The position numbers and the translations under genes are program-made. Positions 19,701-34,700 of a stretch of 64,000 nucleotides of DNA are shown piece after piece. How positions within the stretch are numbered: the stretch's first letter is position 1; every line of letters begins with the position of its first letter. This stretch comes from Utricularia gibba (taxonomy: Eukaryota > Plantae > Magnoliophyta), in contig NEEC01000012.1 of NCBI GenBank assembly GCA_002189035.1, forward strand, positions 3,286,001-3,350,000, read 5' to 3'. The notes under the pieces were generated by a model. That model was not told where the DNA came from and searched no databases. It saw only the letters and a program-made list of their open reading frames with translations.

Positions 19701-22700
19701 ATGGTGGCCTCGCACACCGTTCGGTATTTCGGCCATATCTTGAAAACCGTGATGAGTCACGCTGCGCCCGGCATACCGTTTCGAACCCCTTTCCGTGCCG
19801 GTCAGCTTCCGTGTTGAAAGCTTCTTCGTCCGAGGATGCATCAAAGCTCGAATTATCGCCTTATCTTAGCCTTCAGATGTGCCACAAATTGGCCACGTTC
19901 GCGACGATGCGACTCGGAACACGAGAATCGACGCGATTGTGATTTTCGCTTGCAAAACATCTGTTTTATTGGTGACGTGAAGTATGGGTTTTCGAGGCGA
20001 TCTCTGAACAAGCTCTGGGTGTGTCCTACCGCAGCCTCATGGTGGCCTCGCACACCGTTCGGTATTTCGGCCATATCCTGAAAACCGTGATGAGTCACGC
20101 TGCGCCCGGCATACCGTTTCGAACCCCTTTCCGTGCCGGTCAGCTTCCGTGTTGAAAGCTTCTTCGTCCGAGGATGCATCAGAGCTCGAATTATCGCCTT
20201 ATCTTAGCCTTCAGATGTGCCACAAATTGGCCACCACGTTCGCGACGATGCGACTCGGAACACGAGAATCGACGCGATTGTGATTTTCGCCTTGCAAAAC
20301 ATCTGCGTTTTATTGGATGACGTGAAGTATGGGTTTTCGAGGCGATCTCTGAACAAGCTCTGGGTGTGTCCCTACCCGCAGCCTCATGGTGGCCTCGCAC
20401 ACCGTTCGGTATTTCGGCCATATCCTGAAAATCGTGATGAGTCACGCTGCGCCGGCATACCGTTTCGAACCCCTTTCCGTGCCGGTCAGCTTCCGTGTTG
20501 AAAGCTTCTTCGTCCGAGGATGCATCAGAGCTCGAATTATCGCCTTATATTAGCCTTCAGATGTGCCACAAATTGGCCACCACGTTCGCGACGATGCGAC
20601 TCGGAACACGAGAATCGACGCGATTGTGATTTTTCGCCTTGCAAAACATCTGCGTTTTATTGGTGACGTGAAGTATGGGTTTTCGAGGCGATCTCTGAAC
20701 AAGCTCGTTCTTTGGTCGTTTCGGCATCTCGTCGATATCTTGAAGATCATGATGAGTCACGCTGCGCCCGGCATCCGTTTCGAAGCCCGTTCCGAGCCGG
20801 TCATTCCGTGTTGAAAGCTTCTTCGTCCGAGGATGCATAGAGCTCGAATTATCGCCTTATATTAGCCTTCAGATGTGCCACAAATTGGCCACCACGTTTG
20901 ATCGAGAATCGACGCGATTGTGATTTTCGCCTTGCAAAACATCTGCGTTTTATTGGATGACGTGAAGTATGGGTTTTCGAGGCGATCTCTGAACAAGCTC
21001 TGGTGTGTCCCTACCGCAGCCTCATGGTGGCCTCGCACACCGTTCGGCATTCGTCGATATCCTGAAGACCGTGATGAGTCACGCTGCGCCGGCATACCGT
21101 TTCGAAGCCCGTTCCGTGCCGGTCAGCTTCCGTGTTGAAAGCTTCTTCGTCCGAGGATGCATCAGAGCTCGAATTATCGCCTTATCTTAGCCTTCAGATG
21201 TGCCACAAATTGGCCACCACGTTCGCGACGATGCGACTCGGAACACGAGAATCGACGCGATTGTGATTTTCGCCTTGCAAAACATCTGCGTTTTATTGGA
21301 TGACGTGAAGTATGGGTTTTCGAGGCGATCTCTGAACAAGCTCTGGGTGTGTCCTACCGCAGCCTCATGGTGGCCTCGCACACCGTTCGGTATTTCGGCC
21401 ATATCCTGAAAACCGTGATGAGTCGCTGCGCCCGGCATACCGTTTCGAACCCCTTTCCGTGCCGGTCAGCTTCCGTGTTGAAAGCATCTTCGTCCGAGGA
21501 TGCATCAGAGCTCGAATTATCGCCTTATTAGCCTTCAGATGTGCCACAAATTGGCCACCACGTTCGCGACGATGCGACTCGGAACACGAGAATCGACGCG
21601 ATTGTGATTTTCGCCTTGCAAAACATCTGCGTTTTATTGGATGACGTGAAGTATGGGTTTTCGAGGCGATCTCTGAACAAGCTCTGGGTGTGTCCCTACC
21701 CGCAGCCTCATGGTGGCCTCGCACACCGTTCGGTATTTCGGCCATATCCTGAAAATCGTGATGAGTCAAGCTGCGCCGGCATACCGTTTCGAACCCCTTT
21801 CCGTGCCGGTCAGCTTCCGTGTTGAAAGCTTCTTCGTCCGAGGATGCATCAGAGCTCGAATTATCGCCTTATATTAGCCTTCAGATGTGCCACAAATTGG
21901 CCACCACGTTCGCGACGATGCGACTCGGAACACGAGAATCGACGCGATTGTGATTTTCGCTTGCAAAACATCTGCGTTTTATTGGGTGACGTGAAGTATG
22001 GGTTTTCGAGGCGATCTCTGAACAAGCTCTGGGTGTGTCCCTACCGCAGCCTCATGGTGGCCTCGCACACCGTTCGGCATCTCGTCGATATCTTGAAGAT
22101 CGTGATGAGTCACGCTGCGCCCGGCATACCGTTTCGAAGCCCTTTCCGAGCCGGTCAGCTTCCGTGTTGAAAGCTTCTTCGTCCGAGGATGCATCAGAGC
22201 TCGAATTATCGCCTTATCTTAGCCTTCAGATGTGCCACAAATTGGCCACCACGTTTCGCGACTCGGAACACGAGAATCGACGCGATTGTGATTTTCGCCT
22301 TGCAAAACATCTGCGTTTTATTGGATGACGTGAAGTATGGGTTTTCGATGCGATCTCTGAACAAGCTCTTGGTGTGTCCCTACCGCAGCCTCATGGTGGC
22401 CTCGCACACCGTTCGGCATCTCGTCGATATCCTGAAGACCGTGATGAGTCACGCTGCGCCGCATACCGTTTCGAAGCCCGTTCCGAGCCGTCATCTTCCG
22501 TGTTGAAAGCTTCTTCGTCCGAGGATGCATCAAAGCTCGAATTATCGCCTTATCTTAGCCTTCAGATGTGCCACAAATTGGCCACCACGTTCGCGACGAT
22601 GCGACTCGGAACACGAGAAATCGACGCGATTGTGATTTTCGCCTTGCAAAACATCTGCGTTTTATTGGATGACGTGAAGTATGGGTTTTCGAGGCGATCT

Positions 22701-25700
22701 CTGAACAAGCTCTGGGTGTGTCCCTACCGCAGCCTCATGGTGGCCTCGCACACCGTTCGGTATTTCGGCCATATCCTGAAAACCGTGATGAGTCACGCTG
22801 CGCCGGCATACCGTTTCGAACCCCTTTCCGTGCCGGTCAGCTTCCGTGTTGAAAGCATCTTCGTCCGAGGATGCATCAGAGCTCGAATTATCGCCTTATA
22901 TTAGCCTTCAGATGTGCCACAAATTGGCCACCACGTTCGCGACGATGCGACTCGGAACACGAGAATCGACGCGATTGTGATTTTCGCCTTGCAAAAACAT
23001 CTGCGTTTTATTGGGTGACGTGAAGTATGGGTTTTCGAGGCGATCTCTGAACAAGCTCTGGTGTGTCCCTACCCGCAGCCTCATGGTGGCCTCGCACACC
23101 GTTCGGCATCTCGTCGATATCTGAAGATCGTGATGAGTCACGCTGCGCCCGGCATACCGTTTCGAAGCCCTTTCCGAGCCGGTCAGCTTCCGTGTTGAAA
23201 GCTTCTTCGTCCGAGGATGCATCAGAGCTCGAATTATCGCCTTATCTTAGCCTTCAGATGTGCCACAAATTGGCCACCACGTTCGCGACGATGCGACTCG
23301 GAACACGAGAATCGACGCGATTGTGATTTTCGCTTGCAAAAGATCTGCGTTTTATTGGATGACGTGAAGTATGGGTTTTCGATGCGATCTCTGAACAAGC
23401 TCTGGGTGTCCCTACCGCAGCCTCATGGTGGCCTCGCACACCGTTCGGCATTTCGTCATATCTTGAAAATGATGAGTCACGCTGCGCCGGCATCCGTTTC
23501 GAAGCCCTTTCCGAGCCGGTCAGCTTCCGTGTTGAAAGCTTCTTCGTCCGAGGATGCATCAGAGCTCGAATTATCGCCTTATATTAGCCTTCAGATGTGC
23601 CACAAATTGGCCACCACGTTCGCGACGATGCGACTCGGAACACGAGAATCGACCGATTGTGATTTCGGCTTGCAAAACATCTGCGTTTTATTGGGTGACG
23701 TGAAGTATGGGTTTTCGAGGCGATCTCTGAACAAGCTCTGGGTGTGTTCCTACCGCAGCCTCATGGTGGCCTCGCACACCGTTCGGCATCTCGTCGATAT
23801 CTTGAAGATCATGATGAGTCACGCTGCGCCCGGCATACCGTTTCGAAGCCCGTTCCGAGCCGGTCAGCTTCCGTGTTGAAAGCTTCTTCGTCCGAGGATG
23901 CATCAGAGCTCGAATTATCGCCTTATATTAGCCTTCAGATGTGCCACAAATTGGCCACCACGTTCGCGACGATGCGACTCGGAAAACGAGAATCGACGCG
24001 ATTGTGATTTTCGGCTTGCAAAACATCTGCGTTTTATTGGGTGACGTGAAGTATGGGTTTTCGAGGCGATCTCTGAACAAGCTCTAGGTGTGTTCCTACC
24101 CGCAGCCTCATGGTGGCCTCGCACACGTTCGGTATTTCGGCCATATCTTGAAAACCGTCATGAGTCATGCTGCGCCGGCATACCGTTTCGAACCCCTTTC
24201 CGTGCCGGTCAGCTTCCGTGTTGAAAGCTTCTTCGTCCGAGGATGCATCAAGCTCGAATTATCGCCTTATCTTAGCCTTTAGATGTGCCACAAATTGGCC
24301 ACCACGTTTCGCGATCACGAGAATCGACGCGATTGTGATTTTCGCCTTGCAAAACATCTGCGTTTTATTGGATGACGTGAAGTATGGGTTTTCGAGGCGA
24401 TCTCTGAACAAGCTCTTGGTGTGTCCCTACCCGCAGCCTCATGGTGGCCTCGCGCACCGTTCGGCATCTCGTCGATATCCTGAAGACCGTGATGAGTCAC
24501 GCTGCGCCCGGCATACCGTTTCGAAGCCCGTTCCGAGCCGGTCATCTTCCGTGTTGAAAGCTTCTTCGTCCGAGGATCATCAGAGCTCGAATTATCGCCT
24601 TATCTTAGCCTTCAGATGTGCCACAAATTGGCCACCACGTTCGCGACGATGCGACTCGGAAAACGAGAATCGACGCGATTGTGATTTTCGCCTTGCAAAA
24701 CATCTGCGTTTTATTGGGTGACGTGAAGTATGGGTTTTCGAGGCGATCTCTGAACAAGCTCTTGGTGTGTCCCTACCGCAGCCTCATGGTGGCCTCGCAC
24801 ACCGTTCGGTATTTCGGCCATATCCTTGAAAACCGTGATGAGTCACGCTGCGCCCGGCATACCGTTTCGAACCCCTTTCCGTGCCGGTCAGCTTCCGTGT
24901 TGAAAGCTTCTTCGTCCGAGGATGCATCAGAGCTCGAATTATCGCCTTATCTTAGCCTTCAGATGTGCCACAAATTTGGCCACCACGTTCGCGACGATGC
25001 GACTCGGAACACGAGAATCGACGCGATTGTGATTTTCGCCTTGCAAAACATCTGCGTTTTATTGGATGACGTGAAGTATGGGTTTTCGAGGCGATCTCTG
25101 AACAAGCTCTGGGTGTGTCCCTACCGCAGCCTCATGGTGGCCTCGCACACCGTTCGGTATTTCGGCCATATCCTGAAAACCGTGATGAGTCACGCTGCGC
25201 CCGGCATACCGTTTCGAACCCCTTTCCGTGCCGGTCAGCTTCCGTGTTGAAAGCTTCTTCGTCCGAGGATGCATCAAAGCTCGAATTATCGCCTTATCTT
25301 AGCCTTCAGATGTGCCACAAATTGGCCACCACGTTCGCGACGATGCGACTCGGAACACGAGAATCGACGCGATTGTGATTTTCGCCTTGCAAAACATCTG
25401 CGTTTTATTGGTGACGTGAAGTATGGGTTTTCGAGGCGATCTCTGAACAAGCTCTGGTGTGTCCCTACCCGCAGCCTCATGGTGGCCTCGCACACCGTTC
25501 GGCATCTCGTCGATATCTTGAAGATCGTGATGAGTCACGCTGCGCCGGCATACCGTTTCGAAGCCCTTTCCGTGCCGGTCAGCTTCCGTGTTGAAAGCTT
25601 CTTCGTCCGAGGATGCATCAGAGCTCGAATTATCGCCTTATCTTAGCCTTCAGATGTGCACAAATTGGCCACCACGTTCGCGACGATGCGACTCGGAACA

Positions 25701-28700
25701 CGAGAATCGACGCGATTGTGATTTTCGCTTGCAAAACATCTGCGTTTTATTGTGACGTGAAGTATGGGTTTTCGAGGCGATCTCTGAACAAGCTCTGGGG
25801 TGTGTCCCTACCGCAGCCTCATGGTGGCCTCGCACACCGTTCGGTATTTCGGCCATATCCTGAAAACCGTGATGAGTCAAGCTGCGCCGGCATACCGTTT
25901 CGAACCCTTTCCGTGCGGTCAGCTTCCGTGTTGAAAGCTTCTTCGTCCGAGGATGCATCAGAGCTCGAATTATCGCCTTATCTTAGCCTTCAGATGTGCC
26001 ACAAATTGGCCACCACGTTCGCGACGATGCGACTCGGAACACGAGAATCGACGCGATTGTGATTTTCGCCTTGCAAAACATCTGCGTTTTTATTGGTGAC
26101 GTGAAGTATGGGTTTTCGAGGCGATCTCTGAACAAGCTCTGGGTGTGTCCCTACCGCAGCCTCATGGTGGCCTCGCACACCGTTCGGCATCTCGTCGATA
26201 TCTTGAAGATCGTGATGAGTCACGCTGCGCCCGGCATACCGTTTCGAAGCCCTTTCCGAGCCGGTCAGCTTCCGTGTTGAAAGCTTCTTCGTCCGAGGAT
26301 GCATAAGAGCTCGAATTATCGCCTTATCTTAGCCTTCAGATGTGCCACAAATTGGCCACCACGTTCGCGACGATGCGACTCGGAACACGAGAATCGACGC
26401 GATTGTGATTTTCGCTTGCAAAACATCTGCGTTTTATTTTTGACGTGAAGTATGGGTTTTCGATGCGATCTCTGAACAAGCTCTGGGTGTGTCCCTACCG
26501 CAGCCTCATGGTGGCCTCGCACACCGTTCGGTATTTCGGCCATATCCTGAAAACCGTGATGAGTCACGCTGCGCCCGGCATACCGTTTCGAACCCTTTCC
26601 GTGCCGGTCAGCTTCCGTGTTGAAAGCTTCTTCGTCCGAGGATGCATCAGAGCTCGAATTATCGCCTTATATTAGCCTTCAGATGTGCCACAAATTGGCC
26701 ACCACGTTCGCGACGATGCGACTCGGAACACGAGAATCGACGCGATTGTGATTTTCGCCTTGCAAAACATCTGCGTTTTATTGGGTGACGTGAAGTATGG
26801 GTTTTCGAGGCGATCTCTGAACAAGCTCTGGGTGTGTCCCTACCCGCAGCCTCATGGTGGCCTCGCACACCGTTCGGCATTCTCGATATCTTGAAATCGT
26901 GATGAGTCACGCTGCGCCGGCATACCGTTTCGAAGCCCTTTCCGTGCCGGTCAGCTTCCGTGTTGAAAGCTTCTTCGTCCGAGGATGCATAAGAGCTCGA
27001 AATTATCGCCTTATCTTAGCCTTCAGATGTGCCACAAATTGGCCACCACGTTCGCGACGATGCGACTCGGAAAACGAGAATCGACGCGATTGTGATTTTC
27101 GCTTGCAAAACATCTGCGTTTTATTGGATGACGTGAAGTATGGGTTTTCGAGGCGATCTCTGAACAAGCTCTAGGTGTGTTCCTACCCGCAGCCTCATGG
27201 TGGCCTCGCACACCGTTCGGTATTTCGGCCATATCTTGAAAACCGTGATGAGTCATGCTGCGCCGGCATACCGTTTCGAACCCCTTTCCGTGCCGGTCAG
27301 CTTCCGTGTTGAAAGCTTCTTCGTCCGAGGATGCATCAAAGCTCGAATTATCGCCTTATCTTAGCCTTTAGATGTGCCACAAATTGGCCACCACGTTTCG
27401 ACGATCGAGAAATCGACGCGATTGTGATTTTCGCCTTGCAAAACATCTGCGTTTTATTGGATGACGTGAAGTATGGGTTTTCGATGCGATCTCTGAACAA
27501 GCTCTGGTGTGTCCCTACCGCAGCCTCATGGTGGCCTCGCACACCGTTCGGCATCTCGTCGATATCTTGAAAGTGATGAGTCACGCTGCGCCCGGCATCC
27601 GTTTCGAAGCCCGTTCCGAGCCGGTCATCTTCCGTGTTGAAAGCTTCTTCGTCCGAGGATGCATCAGAGCTCGAATTATCGCCTTATCTTAGCCTTCAGA
27701 TGTGCCACAAATTGGCCACCACGTTCGCGACGATGCGACTCGGAACACGAGAATCGACGCGATTGTGATTTTCGGCTTGCAAAACATCTGCGTTTTATTG
27801 GGTGACGTGAAGTATGGGTTTTCGAGGCGATCTCTGAACAAGCTCTGGGTGTGTTCCTACCGCAGCCTCATGGTGGCCTCGCACACCGTTCGGCATCTCG
27901 TCGATATCTTGAAAGATCATGATGAGTCACGCTGCGCCCGGCATACCGTTTCGAAGCCCTTTCCGAGCCGGTCAGCTTCCGTGTTGAAAGCTTCTTCGTC
28001 CGAGGATGCATCAGAGCTCGAATTATCGCCTTATCTTAGCCTTCAGATGTGCCACAAATTGGCCACCACGTTCGCGACGATGCGACTCGGAAAACGAGAA
28101 TCGACGCGATTGTGATTTTCGGTTGCAAAACATCTGCGTTTTATTGGGTGACGTGAAGTATGGGTTTTCGAGGCGATCTCTGAACAAGCTCTAGGTGTGT
28201 TCCTACCCGCAGCCTCATGGTGGCCTCGCACACCGTTCGGTATTTCGGCCATATCTTGAAAACCGTGATGAGTCATGCTGCGCCGGCATACCGTTTCGAA
28301 CCCCTTTCCGTGCCGGTCAGCTTCCGTGTTGAAAGCTTCTTCGTCCGAGGATGCATCAAAGCTCGAATTATCGCCTTATCTTAGCCTTCAGATGTGCCAC
28401 AAATTGGCCACCACGTTTCGACGACTCGGACACGAGAATCGACGCGATTGTGATTTTCTCCTTGCAAAACATCTGCGTTTTATTGGGTGACGTGAAGTAT
28501 GGGTTTTCGAGGCGATCTCTGAACAAGCTCTGGTGTGTTCCTACCCGCAGCCTCATGGTGGCCTCGCACACCGTTCGGTATTTCGGCCATATCTGAAAAC
28601 CGTGATGAGTCATGCTGCGCCGGCATACCGTTTCGAACCCCTTTCCGTGCCGGTCAGCTTCCGTGTTGAAAGCTTCTTCGTCCGAGGATGCATCAAAGCT

Positions 28701-31700
28701 CGAATTATCGCCTTATCTTAGCCTTTAGATGTGCCACAAATTGGCCACCACGTTTCGACGACTCGGAGAATCGACGCGATTGTGATTTTCCCTTGCAAAA
28801 CATCTGCGTTTTATTGGATGACGTGAAGTATGGGTTTTCGAGGCGATCTCTGAACAAGCTCTTGGTGTGTCCCTACCGCAGCCTCATGGTGGCCTCGCAC
28901 ACCGTTCGGCATCTCGTCGATATCCTGAAAGACCGTGATGAGTCACGCTGCGGCCGGCATACCGTTTCGAAGCCCGTTCCGTGCCGGTCAGCTTCCGTGT
29001 TGAAAGCTTCTTCGTCCGAGGAGCATCAGAGCTCGAATTATCGCCTTATCTTAGCCTTCAGATGTGCCACAAATTGGCCACCACGTTCGCGACGATGCGA
29101 CTCGGAAAACGAGAATCGACGCGATTGTGATTTTCGCCTTGCAAAACATCTGCGTTTTATTGGGTGACGTGAAGTATGGGTTTTCGAGGCGATCTCTGAA
29201 CAAGCTCTTGGTGTGTCCCTACCTGCAGCCTCATGGTGGCCTCGCACACCGTTCGGTATTTCGGCCATATCCTTAAAACCGTGATGAGTCATGCTGCGCC
29301 CGGCATACCGTTTCGAACCCCTTTCCGTGCCGGTCAGCTTCCGTGTTGAAAGCTTCTTCGTCCGAGGATGCATCAAAGCTCGAATTATCGCCTTATCTTA
29401 GCCTTCAGATGTGCCACAAATTTGCCACCACGTTCGCGACGATGCGACTCGGACACGAGAATCGACGCGATTGTGATTTTCGCCTTGCAAAACATCTGCG
29501 TTTTATTGGATGACGTGAAGTATGGGTTTTCGAGGCGATCTCTGAACAAGCTCTTGGTGTGTCCCTACCGCAGCCTCATGGTGGCCTCGCACACCGTTCG
29601 GCATCTCGTCGATATCCTGAAGACCGTGATGAGTCACGCTGCGCCGGCATACCGTTTCGAACCCCTTTCCGTGCCGGTCAGCTTCCGTGTGAAAGCTTCT
29701 TCGTCCGAGGATGCATCAAAGCTCGAATTATCGCCTTATCTTAGCCTTCAGATGTGCCACAAATTGGCCACCACGTTCGCGACGATGCGACTCGGAACAC
29801 GAGAATCGACGCGATTGTGATTTTCGCCTTGCAAAACATCTGCGTTTTATTGGATGACGTGAAGTATGGGTTTTCGAGGCGATCTCTGAACAAGCTCTGG
29901 GTGTGTCCCTACCTGCAGCCTCATGGTGGCCTCGCACACCGTTCGGTATTTCGGCCATATCCTGAAAACCGTGATGAGTCATGCTGCGCCCGGCATACCG
30001 TTTCGAACCCCTTTCCGTGCCGGTCAGCTTCCGTGTTGAAAGCTTCTTCGTCCGAGGATGCATCAAAGCTCGAATTATCGCCTTATCTTAGCCTTCAGAT
30101 GTGCCACAAATTGGCCACCACGTTCGCGACGATGCGACTCGGAACACGAGAATCGACGCGATTGTGATTTTCGCCTTGCAAAACATCTGCGTTTTATTGG
30201 GTGACGTGAAGTATGGTTTTCGAGGCGATCTCTGAACAAGCTCTGGTGTGTCCCTACCCGCAGCCTCATGGTGGCCTCGCACACCGTTCGGCATTTCATC
30301 GATATCTGAAGATCGTGATGAGTCACGCTGCGCCGGCATACCGTTTCGAAGCCCTTTCCGAGCCGGTCAGCTTCCGTGTTGAAAGCTTTTCGTCCGAGGA
30401 TGCATAAGAGCTCGAATTATCGCCTTATCTTAGCCTTCAGATGTGCCACAAATTGGCCACCACGTTCGCGCGATGCGACTCGGAACACGAATCGACGCGA
30501 TTGTGATTTTCGCTTGCAAAACATCTGCGTTTTATTTTTGACGTGAAGTATGGGTTTTCGAGGCGATCTCTGAACAAGCTCTGGGGTGTCCCTACCGCAG
30601 CCTCATGGTGGCCTCGCACACCGTTCGGTATTTCGGCCATATCCTGAAAACCGTGATGAGTCAAGCTGCGCCGGCATACCGTTTCGAACCCTTTCCGAGC
30701 CGGTCAGCTTCCGTGTTGAAAGCTTTTTCGTCCGAGGATGCATCAGAGCTCGAATTATCGCCTTATCTTAGCCTTTATGTGCCACAAATTGGCCACCACG
30801 TTTCGACGACTCGGAAACGAGAATCGACGCGATTGTGATTTTCGCCTTGCAAAACATCTGCGTTTTATTGGATGACGTGAAGTATGGGTTTTCGATGCGA
30901 TCTCTGAACAAGCTCTTGGTGTGTCCCTACCTGCAGCCTCATGGTGGCCCGCACACCGTTCGGTATTCGTCGATATCCTGAAACCGTGATGAGTCACGCT
31001 GCGCCGGCATACCGTTTCGAATTCGAGCCGGTCATCTTCCGTGTTGAAAGCTTCTTCGTCCGAGGATGCATCAGAGCTCGAATTATCGCCTTATCTTAGC
31101 CTTCAGATGTGCCACAAATTGGCCACCACGTTCGCGACGATGCGACTCGGAAAACGAGAATCGACCCGATTGTGATTTTCGCCTTGCAAAACATCTGCGT
31201 TTTATTGGGTGACGTGAAGTATGGGTTTTCGAGGCGATCTCTGAACAAGCTCTTGGTGTGTCCCTACCTGCAGCCTCATGGTGGCCTCGCACACCGTTCG
31301 GTATTTCGGCCATATCCTGAAAAACCGTGATGAGTCATGCTGCGCCCGGCATACCGTTTCGAACCCCTTTCCGTGCCGGTCAGCTTCCGTGTTGAAAGCT
31401 TCTTCGTCCGAGGATGCATCAAAGCTCGAATTATCGCCTTATCTTAGCCTTCAGATGTGCCACAAATTGCCACCACGTTCGCGACGATGCGACTCGAACA
31501 CGAGAATCGACGCGATTGTGATTTTCCTTGCAAACATCTGCGTTTTATTGGATGACGTGAAGTATGGGTTTTCGAGGCGATCTCTGAACAAGCTCTGGGT
31601 GTGTCCCTACCGCAGCCTCATGGTGGCCTCGCACACCGTTCGGTATTTCGGCCATATCCTGAAAACCGTGATGAGTCATGCTGCGCCCGGCATACCGTTT

Positions 31701-34700
31701 CGAACCCCTTTCCGTGCCGGTCAGCTTCCGTGTTGAAAGCTTCTTCGTCCGAGGATGCATCAAAGCTCGAATTATCGCCTTATCTTAGCCTTCAGATGTG
31801 CCACAAATTGGCCACCACGTTCGCGACGATGCGACTCGGAACACGAGAATCGACGCGATTGTGATTTTCGCTTGCAAAACATCTGCGTTTTATTGGGTGA
31901 CGTGAAGTATGGGTTTTCGAGGCGATCTCTGAACAAGCTCTGGTGTGTCCCTACCCGCAGCCTCATGGTGGCCTCGCACACCGTTCGGCATCTCTCGATA
32001 TCTGAAGATCGTGATGAGTCACGCTGCGCTCGGCATACCGTTTCGAACCCTTTCCGTGCCGGTCAGCTTCCGTGTTGAAAGCTTCTTCGTCCGAGGATGC
32101 ATCAGAGCTCGAATTATCGCCTTATCTTAGCCTTCAGATGTGCCACAAATTGGCCACCACGTTCGCGACGATGCGACTCGGAACACGAGAATCGACGCGA
32201 TTGTGATTTTCGCTTGCAAAACATCTGCGTTTTATTTCTGACGTGAAGTATGGGTTTTCGAGGCGATCTCTGAACAAGCTCTGGGGTGTCCCTACCGCAG
32301 CCTCATGGTGGCCTCGCACACCGTTCGGTATTTCGGCCATATCCTGAAAACCGTGATGAGTCAAGCTGCGCGCCGGCATACCGTTTCGAACCCTTTCCGT
32401 GCCGGTCAGCTTCCGTGTTGAAAGCCTCTTCGTCCGGATGCATCAAAGCTCGAATTATCGCCTTATCTTAGCCTTCAGATGTGCCACAAATTGGCCACCA
32501 CGTTCGCGACGATGCGACTCGGAACACGAGAATCGACGCGATTGTGATTTTCGCCTTGCAAAACATCTGCGTTTTATTGGATGACGTGAAGTATGGGTTT
32601 TCGATGCGATCTCTGAACAAGCTCTGGGTGTGTCCCTACCTGCAGCCTCATGGTGGCCTCGCACACCGTTCGGCATCTCTTCGATATCTTGAAATCGTGA
32701 TGAGTCACGCTGCGCCCGGCATACCGTTTCGAAGCCCTTTCCGAGCCGGTCAGCTTCCGTGTTGAAAGCTTCTTCGTCCGAGGATGCATCAGAGCTCGAA
32801 TTATCGCCTTATCTTAGCCTTCAGATGTGCCACAAATTGGCCACCACGTTCGCGACGATGCGACTCGGAACACGAGAATCGACGCGATTGTGATTTTCAG
32901 CTTGCAAAACATCTGCGTTTTATTTTCTGACGTGAAGTATGGGTTTTCGATGCGTTCTCTGAACAAGCTCTGGGCGTGTCCCTACCGCAGCCTCATGGTG
33001 GCCTCGCACACCGTTCGGTATTTCGGCCATATCCTGAAACCGTGATGAGTCACGCTGCGCCGGCATACCGTTTCGAACCCTTTCCGTGCCGGTCAGCTTC
33101 CATGTTGAAAGCTTCTTCGTCCGAGGATGCATCAGAGCTCGAATTATCGCCTTATATTAGCCTTCAGATGTGCCACAAATTGGCCACCACGTTCGCGACG
33201 ATGCGACTCGGAAAACGAGAATCGACCCGATTGTGATTTTCGCCTTGCAAAACATCTGCGTTTTATTGGATGACGTGAAGTATGGGTTTTCGAGGCGATC
33301 TCTGAACAAGCTCTGGGTGTGTCCCTACCCGCAGCCTCATGGTGGCCTCGCACACCGTTCGGCATCTCGTCGATATCTTGAAGATCAAGATGAGTCACGC
33401 TGCGCCCGGCATACCGTTTCGAACCCCTTTCCGTGCCGGTCAGCTTCCGTGTTGAAAGCATCTTCGTCCGAGGATGCATCAGAGCTCGAATTATCGCCTT
33501 ATATTAGCCTTCAGATGTGCCACAAATTGGCCACCACGTTCGCGACGATGCGACTCGGAACACGAGAATCGACGCGATTGTGATTTTCGCCTTGCAAAAC
33601 ATCTGCGTTTTATTGGGTGACGTGAAGTATGGGTTTTCGAGGCGATCTCTGAACAAGCTCTGGTGTGTTCCTACCCGCAGCCTCATGGTGGCCTCGCACA
33701 CCGTTCGGCATCTCGTCGATATCTTGAAGATCAAGATGAGTCACGCTGCGCCCGGCATACCGTTTCGAACCCGTTCCGTGCCGGTCAGCTTCCGTGTTGA
33801 AAGCATCTTCGTCCGAGGATGCATCAGAGCTCGAATTATCGCCTTATATTAGCCTTCAGATGTGCCACAAATTGGCCACCACGTTCGCGACGATGCGACT
33901 CGGAACACGAGAATCGACGCGATTGTGATTTTCGCCTTGCAAAACATCTACGTTTTATTGGGTGACGTGAAGTATGGGTTTTCGAGGCGATCTCTGAACA
34001 AGCTCTAGGTGTGTTCCTACCCGCAGCCTCATGGTGGCCTCGCACACCGTTCGGCATCTCGTCGATATCTTGAAGATCGTGATGAGTCACGCTGCGCCCG
34101 GCATACCGTTTCGAAGCCCGTTCCGTGCCGGTCAGCTTCCGTGTTGAAAGCTTCTTCGTCCGAGGATGCATCAGAGCTCGAATTATCGCCTTATCTTAGC
34201 CTTCAGATGTGCCACAAATTGGCCACCACGTTCGCGACGATGCGACTCGGAAACACGAGAATCGACGCGATTGTGATTTTCGCTTGCAAAACATCTGCGT
34301 TTTATTGGGTGACGTGAAGTATGGGTTTTCGAGGCGATCTCTGAACAAGCTCTGGTGTGTCCTACCCGCAGCCTCATGGTGGCCTCGCACACCGTTCGGC
34401 ATCTCGTCGATATCTTGAAGATGATGAGTCACGCTGCGCCCGGCATACCGTTTCGAACCCTTTCCGTGCCGGTCATCGTGTTGAAAGCTTCTTCGTCCGA
34501 GGATGCATCAGAGCTCGAATTATCGCCTTATCTTAGCCTTCAGATGTGCCACAAATTGGCCACCACGTTCGCGACGATGAGTTTCGGAACACGAGAATCG
34601 ACGCGATTGTGATTTTCGGCTTGCAAAACATCTGCGTTTTATTGGATGACGTGAAGTATGGGTTTTCGAGGCGATCTCTGAACAAGCTCTGGGTGTGTCC

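Noticed and set aside
27029-29050. Apparent 3-monomer (1020-bp) duplication
   Set aside because: Only the first ~400 bp match at the 1020-bp offset and the following monomers are of different types, so a trimer HOR is not supported.
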